Positions 23,479 through 37,519 of a stretch of DNA of 64,000 bases are shown one piece after another. Each line of letters opens with the position of its first letter. The first letter of the stretch is position 1. The notes below the pieces were generated by a model, which had not been told where the DNA came from, did not search any database, and saw only the letters and a program-made list of their open reading frames with translations. A program made the translations under genes and the position numbers. Source of the stretch: Dimorphilus gyrociliatus (taxonomy: Eukaryota > Animalia > Annelida); NCBI GenBank assembly GCA_904063045.1, contig CAJFCJ010000019.1, positions 1,999,700-2,063,699 on the forward strand. The letters are read 5' to 3'.

Positions 23479-26400
23479 TTATTCGTTTTGTTCGGGTAGA
23501 ACATAGGAAATATCATCCCATGGGTGTCGATACAAGCCTTGTTTTAATCTCTTCTGGTCAAGGAAATGGCCAATGAATCCGATGCTTCTACCTAAAACAA
23601 ACAAACCGTTTAGTGCTCCAATATCTACATACTGTTGAGCCTCTTCTGCAGTAAATCCCCCACAATGACGCAGGAGGTCAACCATAGCAGATCCGATGAA
23701 ACCGTCAACATTCAGAATCAGATTAGGTTTCTTTGAAGTTGTAATCTTTTCAACTTCACATGCATAATCTAAAACTGGAGTGGCAGGGAAATGCTTTTTA
23801 ACATATTCTTTCAGAATGACAACACGTTTGTCTGGGTTATTTATTGACTTCACTCGATGGCCAATACCCATAATTAGTTTACCCTTTGCCCTCATTTCGT
23901 TGACAAACTCCATCGGAATCTTTCCAGTGTCATATGCTTCAGCAAAAGTCTTTGCTGCCTCATCTAAAGCCCCTCCAAAGCGATCACCAATTGTCAAGAG
24001 ACCGGATGTAAGAGACGATATCAAGTCTTTACCAGCTCTTGCACAGACGATCGTATTATGCGCGCCCGAGACTGCAGGTCCATGATCTGCAGTAACCATG
24101 AGAACCATTTCGATAAATTTACAAGCATAAGGAGGAAGTCGTCGCTGAAACCACAAGAGTCCCAATACTCCACCTAAGCCTAAATCTTTTTCAAATATTT
24201 CTGTTATTGGAACACCAGCATACAACAACTCCTGCCCTCTCTCGTCACAGATCGACGTCATAAAGGATGCAGGTTTACGTATTAGGCCTAATTCTCTTGC
24301 CCAGTTATAATCCATTGGAACTGTTGGTGGAGCAACTTCCGGTTTAATAACTATATCACCCTTAGCCACCAGCTCATCAAAAGTTGATTTAATAGAATCA
24401 CCCAGTTCATCGAAAGTTCTTGGAACAACGGCACCGGCTTCTGCAAGTGCTTTATTTTTAGAAACAGCAGTTTCTCTCTCTGCTTGAGCACAAGATCCAG
24501 CATGACCAAATTGAACTTCAGACGTGAACATGTTGGCACAAGTTCCAATACACCAAGCAACAATGGGTTTTTTAATCTGTTTTTTGTTAAGTGCTTCAAC
24601 TATCTTATACTCTTCAACACCTCCAACCTCACCTAAGAGTACAAGCATTTTTACGTCGGGACATTCATTGAATCGTAAAAGATGATCAACAAATGTAGTT
24701 CCTGGGTATCTATCCCCACCAATCGCAACTCCTTCGTAAACACCATCGGCGTTCATGGCGATAATATTGTTCAATTCATTACTCATTCCACCCGATCTGG
24801 AAACGTAAGCTATACTTCCTGGTCTGTACAATTTCGAAGATAGAATGTTGTCTAACATTCCTCCTGTGTTACCAATTTTGAAACATCCTGGCTTGATACC
24901 ACCAACAGTAGCTGGACCAATAATAGTAATATTTTTCTTCAATGCTTCTTGATTTATTTTTCGAGTGAGATTTTCTGGAATACCTTCGGCTATTATAGCA
25001 ATAGTTCGGATTTGACTATAGCCCATTGCTTCTATAGTTGAATCATACGCTGATCGTAATGACGCAAATGATACAAGAACATCTGCGTCGGAATGTTTAG
25101 CGAAGCAATCAGACATTTGTTTGTAAACTGGAATCAGAATTTCCTTGTGACCCCAATAAAACTTTTGTTTGTGGTCACCAGTAAAAGGGTAAATCATAGC
25201 AACAACAGAGGGTGAGCGTCTTCGACAGGAATAGTCAAAGTCAAGCATTCCTTGTACAGCTCTAGATTGTAAACCCCAGATAACGCATTTCGTTTCTGTA
25301 GAAAACATTTGCTGCTTTTCTGATAGAGTCAATTCCGGAATTGCCTCTGGAGCAGCCTTATTCGCGTCATGAGTAGTGCTGGTTTTGGTCGACGTCTCCC
25401 CTGGCAAAACGAAATTGGCAGTTGTGTTTTGACGTTTTGGTTTACTTCTTGGCATTTCTCTCTTTCCCAGTGCCATGGCCACTATTCCTGTCATATGAGT
25501 TTCAGGACCGAAAACATGAATGGGTACACCCAATGTATCCCCAAGCTCGGTCATTACACGCAAACCTTCTTGATAATTTGGACCACCCCGCCTTACAAAA
25601 ATTGAAATATTCCCTTTGATTAAACGAGTTTGAAATTCTCTCAAAGCTTTGACAATTCCTTTAAAAGTAGCCGCGACATTCGTAAAATTAGCTATGCCAC
25701 CACCTATAATCAAAACTTTTCCACGATCGTCTATTTCTTTGGTCATTATAGATAATAATGTTTTGGCATACTCATATGTTTGCTGTTCACTCGGGGCTCC
25801 GCTATATTCACCGTAATTGGCTAACTCAGACGCTCCACCCAATTCGCATACAGTATCCGCATAAATAACCGAAGCTCCACCTCCAGCAACCATTGTCCAA
25901 ATTCTACCTTTGGCATTCAAGATAGTTAATTTCAAAGATGCACCGCTCTTTGCGTCCAAATCGGCGATATACGCTTCCTCTTTGGTTGCGTCTCTTCCAA
26001 AAGGGGGTGGAAAATCGATCTCTCCCCAAGCCTGCTTGCACAAATATTCGGCGCACTGATCTAATTTTGCAGCCAAATCGAGAACATAGCATTTTCCAGA
26101 AGTGACAACTAGAGGGTTGATTTCCAAATACGTAAAGAAGAGATCCACATAAACCTTGTACAAGGCTTCAATAAAATCGATCAATATTCCCTGTCTATCC
26201 TTGCTCGCCTTTGAAACTAGCCGTTCGAGGTCTTTTCTAGAAGGCTTTTGTCCAATTGGAACTTCTAATTTAGACGCTTTGGCATCTACATCACCAATTT
26301 CTACACCACCTTCATGATGGAATAAGATAATATCCCCATTTCTATGACTATATACGCAAACGTAGACTTCATCTTCTGGTTTATGAGCACAAAACGGTTC

Positions 26401-27359
26401 GATAATGAAGTTCGTTAATCGACCGCAAGCCTTTCCAACCTGACAAAATCGACAAATTATTAGTATGATTATAGAAAAAATTTTAAAGCATACAATCAAT
26501 TTCAAAGACGCATATTACAGTTATGCATAATTTCACGCTTCCTAAAGCAGTAAATATAAGGGTGTCATGCATCAAATTAGTCCTAAAAATCTACGTCTCT
26601 CAAAGCCAATTTTTTGTCAAGATTATAATCAATTCTCTAATTGCCTTTAAAATTACTGTTTGATTATAACAGTCTCTGTTGTCACGGAAACTTATCAGGT
26701 TGGTCTGAGCGGAATGATAAAATACTTATTTATAAAGTCTAGCTATTTGTACTTGTCAAATGAGCTTTTCCCTATTATTTGTTTTTTTATAAATATTCGC
26801 TTGAGCTAAAATATCTCTGTTAGCGCATAAATAGCTTAATTTATGCTTTATCTCCTGATCTCCTACCAATCGATGTCTATTTGTAACAGCACAGCACTCT
26901 CGAAGACGATTGAAAAATCAATAAGACCTGAGCCAAGCGGAAAGTACAACATTATCATTTATCTAATCCGATACACTCAATTGACTCGAACTTTTTTATT
27001 AATTTAACTGACTTACTTTTGTTTCTTTGTTTATTCTCTCCGCGATCCATTGCTTGCATTCACCCAAATCACAGTTGACCTTAATTAGGCCTAACTTTCC
27101 CCTGCGTTTGATTAGTTGATCTGGTTTAACAACTAATTTCTGAATAGAACACAATCAAAGATTGTAATGAATGGAACAGTAGTCATACATTTAGATGTTA
27201 ACTAACCGTGTTTGATAGCCAAGCATGTTTTGCAGTCAGCTGTGACCATTCTGTTTTATCATTGAATGAAGCACACATGCTGGGAGCTGCAGCTTCGCAT
27301 TTTAAATGCTTATTTAGAAGCTCCTTTCCTATATTTTCTCGAATAGCTTTAGCTGACAT
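23479..27359 (-). CDS. ACLY: ATP-citrate synthase; two small 5' exons (ATG 27359; 27140-27017) plus one ~3 kb exon 26439-23479
   Basis: MSAKAIRE; [18 protein letters not shown]; [19 protein letters not shown]; QFGHAG phospho-His motif; [11 protein letters not shown]; [10 protein letters not shown]. Confidence 0.98.
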
Positions 27360-27821
27360 GATCAAACGTTGTCTGAAGACGGACTAAAAACTCTGGAATC
27401 TTCGTTTTGAGATAAGTTCTGGAATTTAAATTATTATTAAAAGGGATAAACGACACGTATAGAAAAAATGACGTGACTATATAAATATACATAAGATTTA
27501 ATTAAACAGGTAAGTTACCCTTTTAAGCAGCGAAATATCGTTGAAAATCACGCCACCAACAGTGGATTTCACGAATGATAGATATCGAACGGCTGATTGT
27601 ACAAAATAGACTGGTGGCGTACTGCTAACTTAAAAATACATTAATTAAATGTGGAACAGAAAGATATACCAGAGTTCCATCTCGACCTTGACCTAAAGCT
27701 ATACGGCAGAATGACTTAACTGAATGACTAGGTGAAAATTCATATGTGTTTTATATGTTTTAGACATACCGGAAAATCGAAATCTTTAGCACTGAAGTAA
27801 AGTAATTGCAAAAGACGCAAC

Positions 27822-28560
27822 ATGTCGGACGCCGCGCCGGTAAATCATAATTTTTTCCTTCTTATTTAAATCTTACTAATAGATTCCAAAGATAATTTGC
27901 TAATAAAATGCAATTTTTAATGTTTATTCTATTTTTTGGGGAAAAAAAGATCAATAGCGAATACTTTCCTGAGCTGAAAGTTTTCGCGCTCGCCATTATG
28001 CTCAATGGATGGTTGTCTTATTTAATACTCTATGTTTCTTATTTTGCATAATAATCAACTTTAGCAGAAATCAATAAATTAAATTTTAATTTTAGGAAAA
28101 GAACGATAAAGGTGATAAAGAATTTATCAAATTGAGAGTTGTTGGTCAGGTACGAGCGATATTATACTATTTTTATTGTTCCATTATAAGTCTGCTTTTC
28201 AGGATAATTCAGAAGTTCATTTTAAAGTGAAAATGTCTACTACGATGGCTAAACTTAAGAAAACTTATGCTGAGAGGCAAGGCGTATCAGTTCAAACTCT
28301 TAGATTCCTTTTCGATGGACGACGAATCAACGATGATGAAACACCCGCACAAGTATGTACTATTTTAAAGCAGCAGATTCTAAGTGGAAATTGATCTAAT
28401 ATTTTCTTAGTATTTTGTCATAGTTGCAATAACAATTCGATTTTTATCCATTGCAAATAAAGTAATTAAAATTTCATATTTTTCATTTCAGTTGGACATG
28501 GAAGAAGACGATGTAATCGAGGTTTACCAAGAACAAACTGGAGGAGCAACAAACAATTAG
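27822..28560 (+). CDS. SUMO: SUMO, 4 exons
   Basis: [33 protein letters not shown]...[37 protein letters not shown]. Confidence 0.97.
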
Positions 28561-28717
28561 ACGGCGAAATAGGCGAACTTTTTATGTAAATATATTCTTT
28601 AAAAACAAAACGCCTATTGCGTTAAATCTTTACTTGAGAATTTTTTTGTAGTGTTAAACAGGTCTTAAAAGTCAAAACATGTATTTAACTTCTTATGTAG
28701 TATTTGTACATCATTGA

Positions 28718-28718
<1 letters not shown>

Positions 28719-28752
<34 letters not shown>
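28719..28752. repeat. Interrupted (AT)n microsatellite downstream of SUMO
   Basis: Visible directly. Confidence 0.85.
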
Positions 28753-28753
<1 letters not shown>

Positions 28754-28974
28754 CCAATTACATATATATACATATTCATTTATATACATGTAAATTGGTT
28801 CATTCGTAAAAGAAACGTTTTAGTCGTCAACTGAAATTAAAAATTACAAAGTAATAACTTTTAATGTACATCTATATAACCGCTAGGTGGTCTTTACTAT
28901 ATAACCAAAAACTGTGCAAGTGCCTGAAAAAAAAATTGATAAATCGATAGAAAAAGCTAAAAAAAATGGAAGTT

Positions 28975-29764
28975 TCATTCGCAATCTGTGGATTGCTCTT
29001 CTTCATTTGCCCAGTTGCTTATAATATTATAGGAGCGCAAGTACTTGCGGCGGAATTCTTCTCGTCTTTCTCCTGCTTCAGTACACGGTGGCACGGACGG
29101 TTTCACCTCTGCAACGACCTATCGATTTAAATTCTTTTATGAAATATAGTAAAATAATTAACCAACCTGAAAAAAGTTTTTGAAACTGCAAACCCTCACC
29201 AGTTAATGGATTGCGAGTTTGCGTTTCTTTCCGTGTAATACGAACAGATCTTGGTCGGTCTAAGCATTCCATACCCTTTCCGGTAATGGGATTTTTTAAC
29301 GGCTTATCTGACTTTTTGAAAGTACCATAGTACAATCGTTCAATCATTTTCCTTTGGGCTGCATAATTTTCTATTGGTCTTCCAACTGTCTTTTCCTTTT
29401 GTTTTTTATCCTCTTTTTTGCTAAAGGCATTTAAGGACAAATTACTCTGCCTTTTAGGTGAAATTACACGCTTCTTCTCGGACTTTTTCTCTTTTATTAC
29501 CTCCTTACCAACCTGTCCCGTTTTCGTAGATTCTTCTTTAACAATAACTGTGTTTTTTACAGTCGTATGATTAACAGCAACTTCCTCAACACTAATAGAC
29601 TTTTCAATTACTTTCTCCAAAATCAATTCGTCTTCAGTTTTTGCATCGGCATCTTTTTCTACATCTTCCTCTTCTTCATTTTTTGCATTATCTTCCGGTT
29701 GGTCTTTAGCTGTTTCTTCACTTGCTAATTTAACCGCCTCTTTTGAATCTCCATTCTCTTCCAT
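28975..29764 (-). CDS. Acidic/basic low-complexity protein with two NP[IL]TG.G motifs (Jupiter/HN1-like motif), probably 2 exons
   Basis: ATG at 29764; motifs KNPITGKG and RNPLTGEG. Proposed splice TCAG|GT to TTGCAG|AG gives the C-terminus EVKPSVPP...YLRSYNIISNWANEEEQSTDCE*. Confidence 0.6.
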
Positions 29765-30152
29765 AACGTGAACGAAACTAATAGAGTACCATCTGTTGTA
29801 ATGGAACTGTACACGTTGCTAACTCTAATAAATGTTTGTAGGCCTAATATATTTGAAGCAGCTGGTGCTTTGTTGAATAGAAATATGCAAACCGTCCTTT
29901 TCGCCATCTATTGCACGACGTTCAAGTGCTACTCTCCTTTTTTTTAAGAAAAAAAAACTCTTCGAATTAAAAGAACCTAATATAAAAAATATTAAAAAAA
30001 GCAGAAGATGTATAGAGATTAAACTATTTAAAGTAACAAAAATGCCAATATAGCTTAAATTTATTAATTTATTACCTTTAAATCTTTGTTTATTAGATTA
30101 AGTAATAATAATAATATAAAAGAGTATATAAATAAATAATTACAAATATTTA

Positions 30153-32237
30153 TTATATTTTCTTAGATAGATTTTTAATGTCTGTAATTTTCAGTTTGTT
30201 GATTAAGTCTCTTCCTTTCCTTCTTTCTACCAATATGCCATTTTTTATTCTTACTTTTACTATTCCTATTGTTTTTCGATTGATCGTAATTGTTAGTAGA
30301 ATTTTGTCTGGTTTGTGGAGCATTATCAATCGATTCAGTCTCTTTCATTGTTTCGGTTAGTGTATAATCGCACCATACGTCAGAATGTGTAGCATAGGTT
30401 CCTATATAGTATGAAAAAGGTACATAGCATAAAACTATTGTTGTATATTATTATTCTAAAACTAACCGAAGGTATCCATTTCGCGGGGTGGAACGTTATA
30501 AAAATCACAAATGTTACGCATATAGTGTGGTATAAAAAATTTGTGATTTGTTCTCTTCCTATACGGATTTAAATGCCAGTTTTTTAACTGTTTGCTCAGC
30601 AGTTTTTCTATAAAGTTTTTAAGGACAAAATATAAATGATTGACTGTTTGAAGATACGCGTGTAAAGGTTTTTTTTAAGCATAATAAAAAGTTTCTATTA
30701 ATTAGACTTGCAATTTTTACCTAGGCCTGAGTCTTGTTCGCTTTTAGCGTCAATTTTTGTTGTTGTAGTTGTGTTATTATCAACTATATGGCTGCTTTCT
30801 ATTGATTTTTCATCTCCTTTTTGAGATGTAGATAGATTTGCATTCGATGATTGATTGTCCAGTTTTTCTGAGATAGACTGTAACTGAAATTACATTTATG
30901 AAATTATTTATATGAAGAAAGAGATACGAGGCAAAAATAATAATGATATAAATATTTACCTGATTTTGAAAATGTGATGAGGATTGTTCCTCCTGATTTT
31001 CAAGTTTTTCAGATAATTCACTTTCAGTCTAATTGTATTATTAAATTAACTTTACGAGTAATATATTTCTTAAAATACCTTTGATTTGTCTTTTGAAATC
31101 GATTGATTCTGTCTAAGTGGACAATTCTGACTAGAAAGATTTTTTAGTTCATTTTTTCTTTTATTTTGCTTTTTCGAGTTGTCGTTTTGTCCAAGTAGTA
31201 AATATTCAGGACAAGTAACTCTCTTGTGACCACGCTTTCTACAATACTTGCATCTATCTTTTGGCTTTCGAGAACTTTCAGGTAAATCTTTGTCTGTCTC
31301 AGAGATATTTCCGGCTTCTTGCATGTCCGTATGTGGCAATTTTACGCTATCATCCTATTAAGTATATTTATTTTAGGAAGAAAATAGGGCTATAAAATTT
31401 AATGTATAAGTAAAAGCTTACCGATGAGCATTTAGCATTTCTTTCACTCTTTCTAGGGATTCCTGAGATGTTCATCGATTTCAAAACGTTAGTTATTAAA
31501 TTCTTACTCTCAACTTCGTCTTCGGATAGTGATAATATTGAAGAATCAGAACTATAATAGGCATGCTTACGCTTTTTCACTTTCTTATTAGGTTTTTGCT
31601 CATTTTCGTCTGTCTTTTTATCGGTTATTTCGTCATATTCAACTTGCACACGATTGGGTTTTTTGTTCGACAAATTGTTCAGTTTATCTTCCAGCCCGCC
31701 TTCTGATGTTGTTCTTAAACGAACAGGAGAGGAATATTCTGTTGACAGTTCCTTCGCCATTTTGACTGTCTTTTGTTTTTTTGAGGTTGATAAACCTTTC
31801 GTTGGACTTTCATTTTCCTCAATATTTTTCGCGCCAATTTTTGAGTCTTTACCTTTTACACTTTCCAATTGTCTCTGATTTTTATGTTTTGAAGTATTCT
31901 TTGATTTAAGAACAACTTCTTTTTCTGTTGATTCTTTACGTTCTAGGAAGGAAGATATTTTTATTGGTTTATCTCGATTGTTTCTAGTTTGTCTATCAGA
32001 CGTTCGAGGTGTTGAGTTTTTTCGATTCTCTAATAACACTTTCGACTCGTGACTTTTGAGAGAGGGAGAGGCGCCCAGATGATCTTTTTTATTATCATTA
32101 GAATATGAATTAAACAATGTTGGAGTAGTTGGCATATCGTTATTATATTCGAAATGAATTTGGCTGTACAAAGCCCACTCTAATTCCTCTTTATCGGAAC
32201 TATCAAGATGATCATTCCAAGCTTCGTTATCAGACAT
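30153..32237 (-). CDS. ZCCHC7: ZCCHC7/Air-like zinc-knuckle protein, multi-exon
   Basis: N-terminal ELEWALYSQIHF resembles the ZCCHC7 motif EFQLYSQIHY (recalled from memory); CCHC knuckle CKYCRKRGHKRVTC. Confidence 0.65.
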
Positions 32238-32719
32238 TTTTCAATTTATTAGCCTTTTGAATGACTTTTTCTGAAAAAATAACAAAATGATCTTAAGCAT
32301 TTATTGAGCGATAATAAAAAAGTTTGTGAACAATTATTAAACATTCTTATAATAATTGATTAAAAAATAAAAAACCTGTTAGAAAAAAATTGTCCACAAA
32401 AACTAACCAAGTTTTGTTGCTATTCTATTATGCTATGAAAGGAAAAGTTTTCTTAAATGTATACAACGTGAGTAGAGTGAGACTTTCCAATTTATGGACA
32501 TCGTAAAAAAACGGTTCTCCTGTTAATATAGGCCTTTCGGAAGTTTTATTATCTTATGTATATTACAATATATATTAATTACAATATAGTTCTCTTATCT
32601 TATAGAGATTACAAATGATAGAATATATGATCAACGCTATACATAAAATATATTTATAAGTCAAGCATTTTCTATGTATCTCTTGTCTTCATTTCAATAG
32701 TAGTGATGTAGTGTTAAAT

Positions 32720-34071
32720 TCACAGGTTCCTAGGTTGTTGAGGTTGAATCATAAGAGACGGTTGTTGTTGATTATTGGAAGTAGCAGGAGCTTCCAGATT
32801 CTTAAAAAGCTGCTGAAGCCATCGCTTAGTTGAGGTGTCGTCTTTTAATACATTTTGAAATGTTGTATCCTTCAATTGGTCAGGTAAACATTGGCGTAAA
32901 GCTTCTTTTGCTCTGTAAAAAGTTGTTTTAAAGTTAAAAAAAAACTAAAAATAAACATATGAAGTATCTATTTAATAAACAACTAATAGAATAGGCCTAG
33001 GCATTTCAAAATTCAAACATACCTTGGATTATCGCTGAGCCTGAGATAGCATCTGACGACATGCTTCAATAAACGACCAGATTGTTCCTTAGATAATTGT
33101 AGTACCATTTTGCCGAGTATCATGGCAACATGAGAAAATCTTTCATAAGTTTGACAAATGTATGATAGACCAGTTTCATCAAGTAATATCTTTTGCAGTA
33201 TGAATGTAGCTACCTAAATAATGGAAGAGACAATAATAATCTGCATGCTTTCTAACAGAAAATCTTAAGCTTTAATTACAGTTTTGGATAACTCGCTGCC
33301 AGTTTCCATAATTCTAAGACATAATGGAATAATTTCTGTTGTTAAAAGGAAGTTGATAACCTCTTGTTCGTCTGTCTATAATTAGAATTTTTTTATTTAA
33401 AATACTCTATTAAGTAACTGTTAGTAAACGAAATTACTTTAACAAGGGCTCCAATTACCCCCAGACTTGTTAGCCTTAAGTATTCGAAGGGTCTAGTTTT
33501 ACACCCAGTATGTAAAAATGGATACAACCATAAAGGAATATGTGCTAAAAAATATTAAATAACTAAGTTTTATAAAGACATGTCAAAAGTCTTACCTTGA
33601 AGAAAAGCCGACCTCGTGTCTTGATGTGATGCAACGCACTGAAGAAGTGCTAAGGCGTTACATACTCTGTTAGACTGATGAGCCTATGAAGAGAATAAAG
33701 AAAATACTGTTGTTTTACGATATTACAGGAAAAGCTCGTAATTATACTTACTGTAAGATGAGGGGGATTTATAGCTGGATATATGCTAACAATTTCTTGT
33801 AAAAGGGCGGCGATTGTTCCGAAAGAATTCCACAACATGGGAGCCAAATCGGTGACAACTTCACGCTTTTTACTGAAAGAACAAAGAATATTAAAATCGA
33901 ACACCTGTACAGCATTACTACTACTAACCTTAACTCTAATAATGCATTTTCCCTAGTATCTGGATGGTTTAATTCGAGAATCCATTGGCAAATTTTATTC
34001 ATTTCTAAGGCATTTTGAGAAGACCCGGAGGATTGAACGTTTGATAAGGGCATCCCTACGTTCAGTGACAT
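32720..34071 (-). CDS. CNOT9: CCR4-NOT subunit 9 (RCD1/CAF40)
   Basis: ICQWILEL...[47 protein letters not shown]; [19 protein letters not shown]; [13 protein letters not shown]. Confidence 0.97.
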
Positions 34072-35021
34072 CTTTAATCTAACAAATGAAAATATATTAC
34101 ACAGATTAATCAATACTCATATACCAAATATATTAGTGTTAAATTAAATCTTTAGTTGCTGATTTTTTAAGTCGGTATGTACGAATTGATAAACACATAT
34201 ATTCAATAATAAATAATGGTTATTTACAAGGGTATCAGTTTTAACTTGATTGTACAAGGATTTTATCACTTTTGTCAAAAACGATTACGTCATATGATAA
34301 TTCTCATTATAAATATTCAAGATTTTGTTTAATGATATATAAGAAAATTCTAAAATAGGCAGAAAAACCAAAGCAAAAATAGCACTTTTTAGGGATTATA
34401 GTGAACTGAGCAAAAATAGGCATCTTCACACACACAATTCTTGCATTTATTCCGATTCGAATTGTAACGATATATAATGGTTTATATATAAGTCTCAAAT
34501 TTACCTGCTATTTGATTATAAGAATGTGTTTGATATAGGGGTTACTTTTTTATGTATATTCCAGTCGTGCACAAAATAGGATTGTGTCAGTACTGACTAA
34601 AAGCCGGGTAGAAAATGAAATAAATTTTGTTATATTCGTAACTAATATTAAAATGAAAAATTCTTTGATTCCATACTTTTGGATTAAGAATTAATTTTTT
34701 AAAATATGATATCTTTAGGAATTTAAATATTGAAACTATTCCAGAACCAAATAAAAATCAATTCAACATATTTAAATGCGAACATATTATATTTCATTTT
34801 TTATAGAAGTACCGTTACTTTTCGTAATAAAAATTATTAGAGAGTTTTATTAAAAATTTTCATAAATTTTTATTATAAAACGTGAAACTTGAAAAGATGT
34901 AACCGGAAGCGGAATCTATCTAGCAGACATTGTGACGTTGTGTAGTAGTTATTGCACGTTGTTTTGTCATCTGGATTTTTTGCCAGCTAGAACATCATAA
35001 TTAAGCAAGGAAAAGCGAAAA

Positions 35022-36997
35022 ATGGCTGAATCGGTGAATTGTAATACAGCTCCAGATTCTTGGGAGGATAATAACGACGACAAAGGGGAGAGTTTGCAAA
35101 ATTCTCTGCAGCATTTAAACGTTAATGCGCCTGCATTCGTTCCGGGGCAAAACGTGCATGCCGCAGTCTTCGTTCCTGGCGGCGGAATGCAAGCACAGCC
35201 TGATAATGAAGAACCTAGTAAACCATCGACTGTCAACAGTGAGTAACACATCGATTTCAACGATATTAAACCAACTCGTGGCTTTTCTTATAGGCGAGCC
35301 GGCAAGTGGTGAATCACAAGAAACTGATCTTGTCAAAGAAGATCCTCCAGATACATGGGAAAATGACGAAGAAGAAGTAAAAACTCCGGTAGATGACACT
35401 GTAGAAAATACATCAACTGTTACACAGCCGAAGAAGGAAAAAAAGTTGAAAGTAACTCCGACTGAAAAGAAAAAGGATCACTTGAATATAATTTTCATTG
35501 GCCATGTCGATGCTGGCAAAAGCACAATTGGTGGACATATAATGTACAAAATTATTTTATTGTTATTTCACAATTTCACACTCATAAACATGTTATAGGT
35601 ATCTAACTGGTATGGTCGATAAAAGAACATTAGAAAAATATGAAAAAGAGGCAAAAGAAAAGAATAGAGAAAGTTGGTATCTCTCCTGGGCACTTGATAC
35701 CAACCAAGAGGAAAGAGACAAGGGAAAAACTGTGGAAGTTGGCAGGGCTTACTTTGAAACGGAAAACAAGCATTTTACCATTTTGGATGCTCCCGGGCAT
35801 AAGGGTTTTGTACCGAACATGATTTCTGGTGCTTCCCAAGCGGATGTAGCCGTTCTTGTTAGTAATTTTATATGATGTGCGAAAAATTTTAGATATATTA
35901 CATGACTTTTTCTGTCTTAGGTTATATCAGCACGAAAAGGTGAATTTGAAACCGGATTCGAGCGTGGAGGCCAAACTCAGGAACACGCTATGCTAGTGAG
36001 AACTGCTGGAGTTAAAATGCTCATAATAGTAGTTAATAAAATGGATGATCCTACTGTAAAATGGGACGAAAAACGATTCAATGAAATCAAAGGGAAATTG
36101 ACGCCATACTTAAAAAAATGCGGATTCAATCCAAAAACCGATTTACTTTATTTGCCTGTATCAGGATTGACCGGTGCAAATCTACTAGAAAATGCGACCG
36201 ATTTGTGTCCTTGGTATGAGTACGTATCTGGTTAACTTAAAATAAATAACAGGTGTTAATATGTTTATAACATTTCCAGAGGGCCTTCTCTTATAAAACA
36301 TTTAGATAGTATAAGACCAATAGACCGAATGTTTGATGGACCGTTACGATTGCCCGTTGTTGATAAATATAAAGACATGGGCACGATTATTTTAGGAAAA
36401 ATTGAATCTGGAAAACTTTCGCGTGGAGATCAAGTGATACTCATGCCTAATAAACAAATATGTGAAATTACGACTTTGTGGTCTGATGAAGAGGATGTTG
36501 AGTCCGCATTGAGTGGAGAAAACGTTAAATTAAAATTAAAAGGCGTGGAAGAAGAGGAAGTCAGTCCTGGATTTGTCCTATGTCACTCATTGAACTTGTG
36601 CCATACAGGACGCGTTTTTGACGGCCAAATTGTTGTACTCGAACATAAATCAATCATATGTGCTGGTTATTCGGCTGTTTGTCATATCCACACTTGCGCG
36701 GAAGAGGTAACAATTAAAGCTCTGATTTGTACGATAGATCGAAAAACTGGAGACAAGTCGAAGACGAGACCAAGGTTTATAAAACAGGACCAAATAGCTA
36801 TTGCTAGATTCGAACTTAATGGTGGAGTTGTATGCCTAGAATCATTCGAAGATTTTCCGCAAATGGGACGATTCACCCTACGAGATGAAGGTAACGATGA
36901 AATATTTTTTATGTGGGTCTTAATTTTCTAAAAATACTTGTTCCAAATAACAGGCAGAACCATCGGAATAGGAAAGGTGCTCAAACTTGTCAATTAA
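35022..36997 (+). CDS. GSPT1: Eukaryotic peptide chain release factor 3 (eRF3)
   Basis: PAM2 motifs [11 protein letters not shown] and [10 protein letters not shown]; G-domain [30 protein letters not shown]; ends [14 protein letters not shown]. Confidence 0.97.
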
Positions 36998-37519
36998 AAA
37001 TTACGAACTCTCAATCCTGCTGCTTCTTCAATAACGGATAAAATTCGAGTCTTGTACAGCTTTCGCTATGAATGTACGCAACGTTCAGTCGTCTTTTTTA
37101 TAGAAAGAGCGTACAAACTTAATATTGTATCTAAAGTATTTATAGAATAACGAAATGTTTTTTTAAACGATTACATTTTTTTTTGTCTTTATACTCGACT
37201 TGAATATGCCAGGCTAATTTTTAAAAGTGCTTGCCCTATTTTCAACAAGATATACTTGTATATAATTATACTACTATCTGACTTTCGCCTACTGTCTTGA
37301 TAGGAAGCAAGTTTCCTTTAACTAAACAAATAGAGCCATTGATTAATGGGATGAGAAAAGCTTAAAATTGTATTGTTTACAGGTAAATTTTTAAGTCCAG
37401 AAAAAGATGAATCGATGCACTGAAAAAGAACCAGGATCCTTTTTTTCATCTATTTGACGTAATAACGCGCGTACATGTGCATAATACGGGCAGGGAAAAC
37501 GAACCAAGCTGCAGGTGGC

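Noticed and set aside
23780-25619. Plus-strand ORFs overlapping ACLY
   Set aside because: Antisense shadows of the ACLY coding exon.
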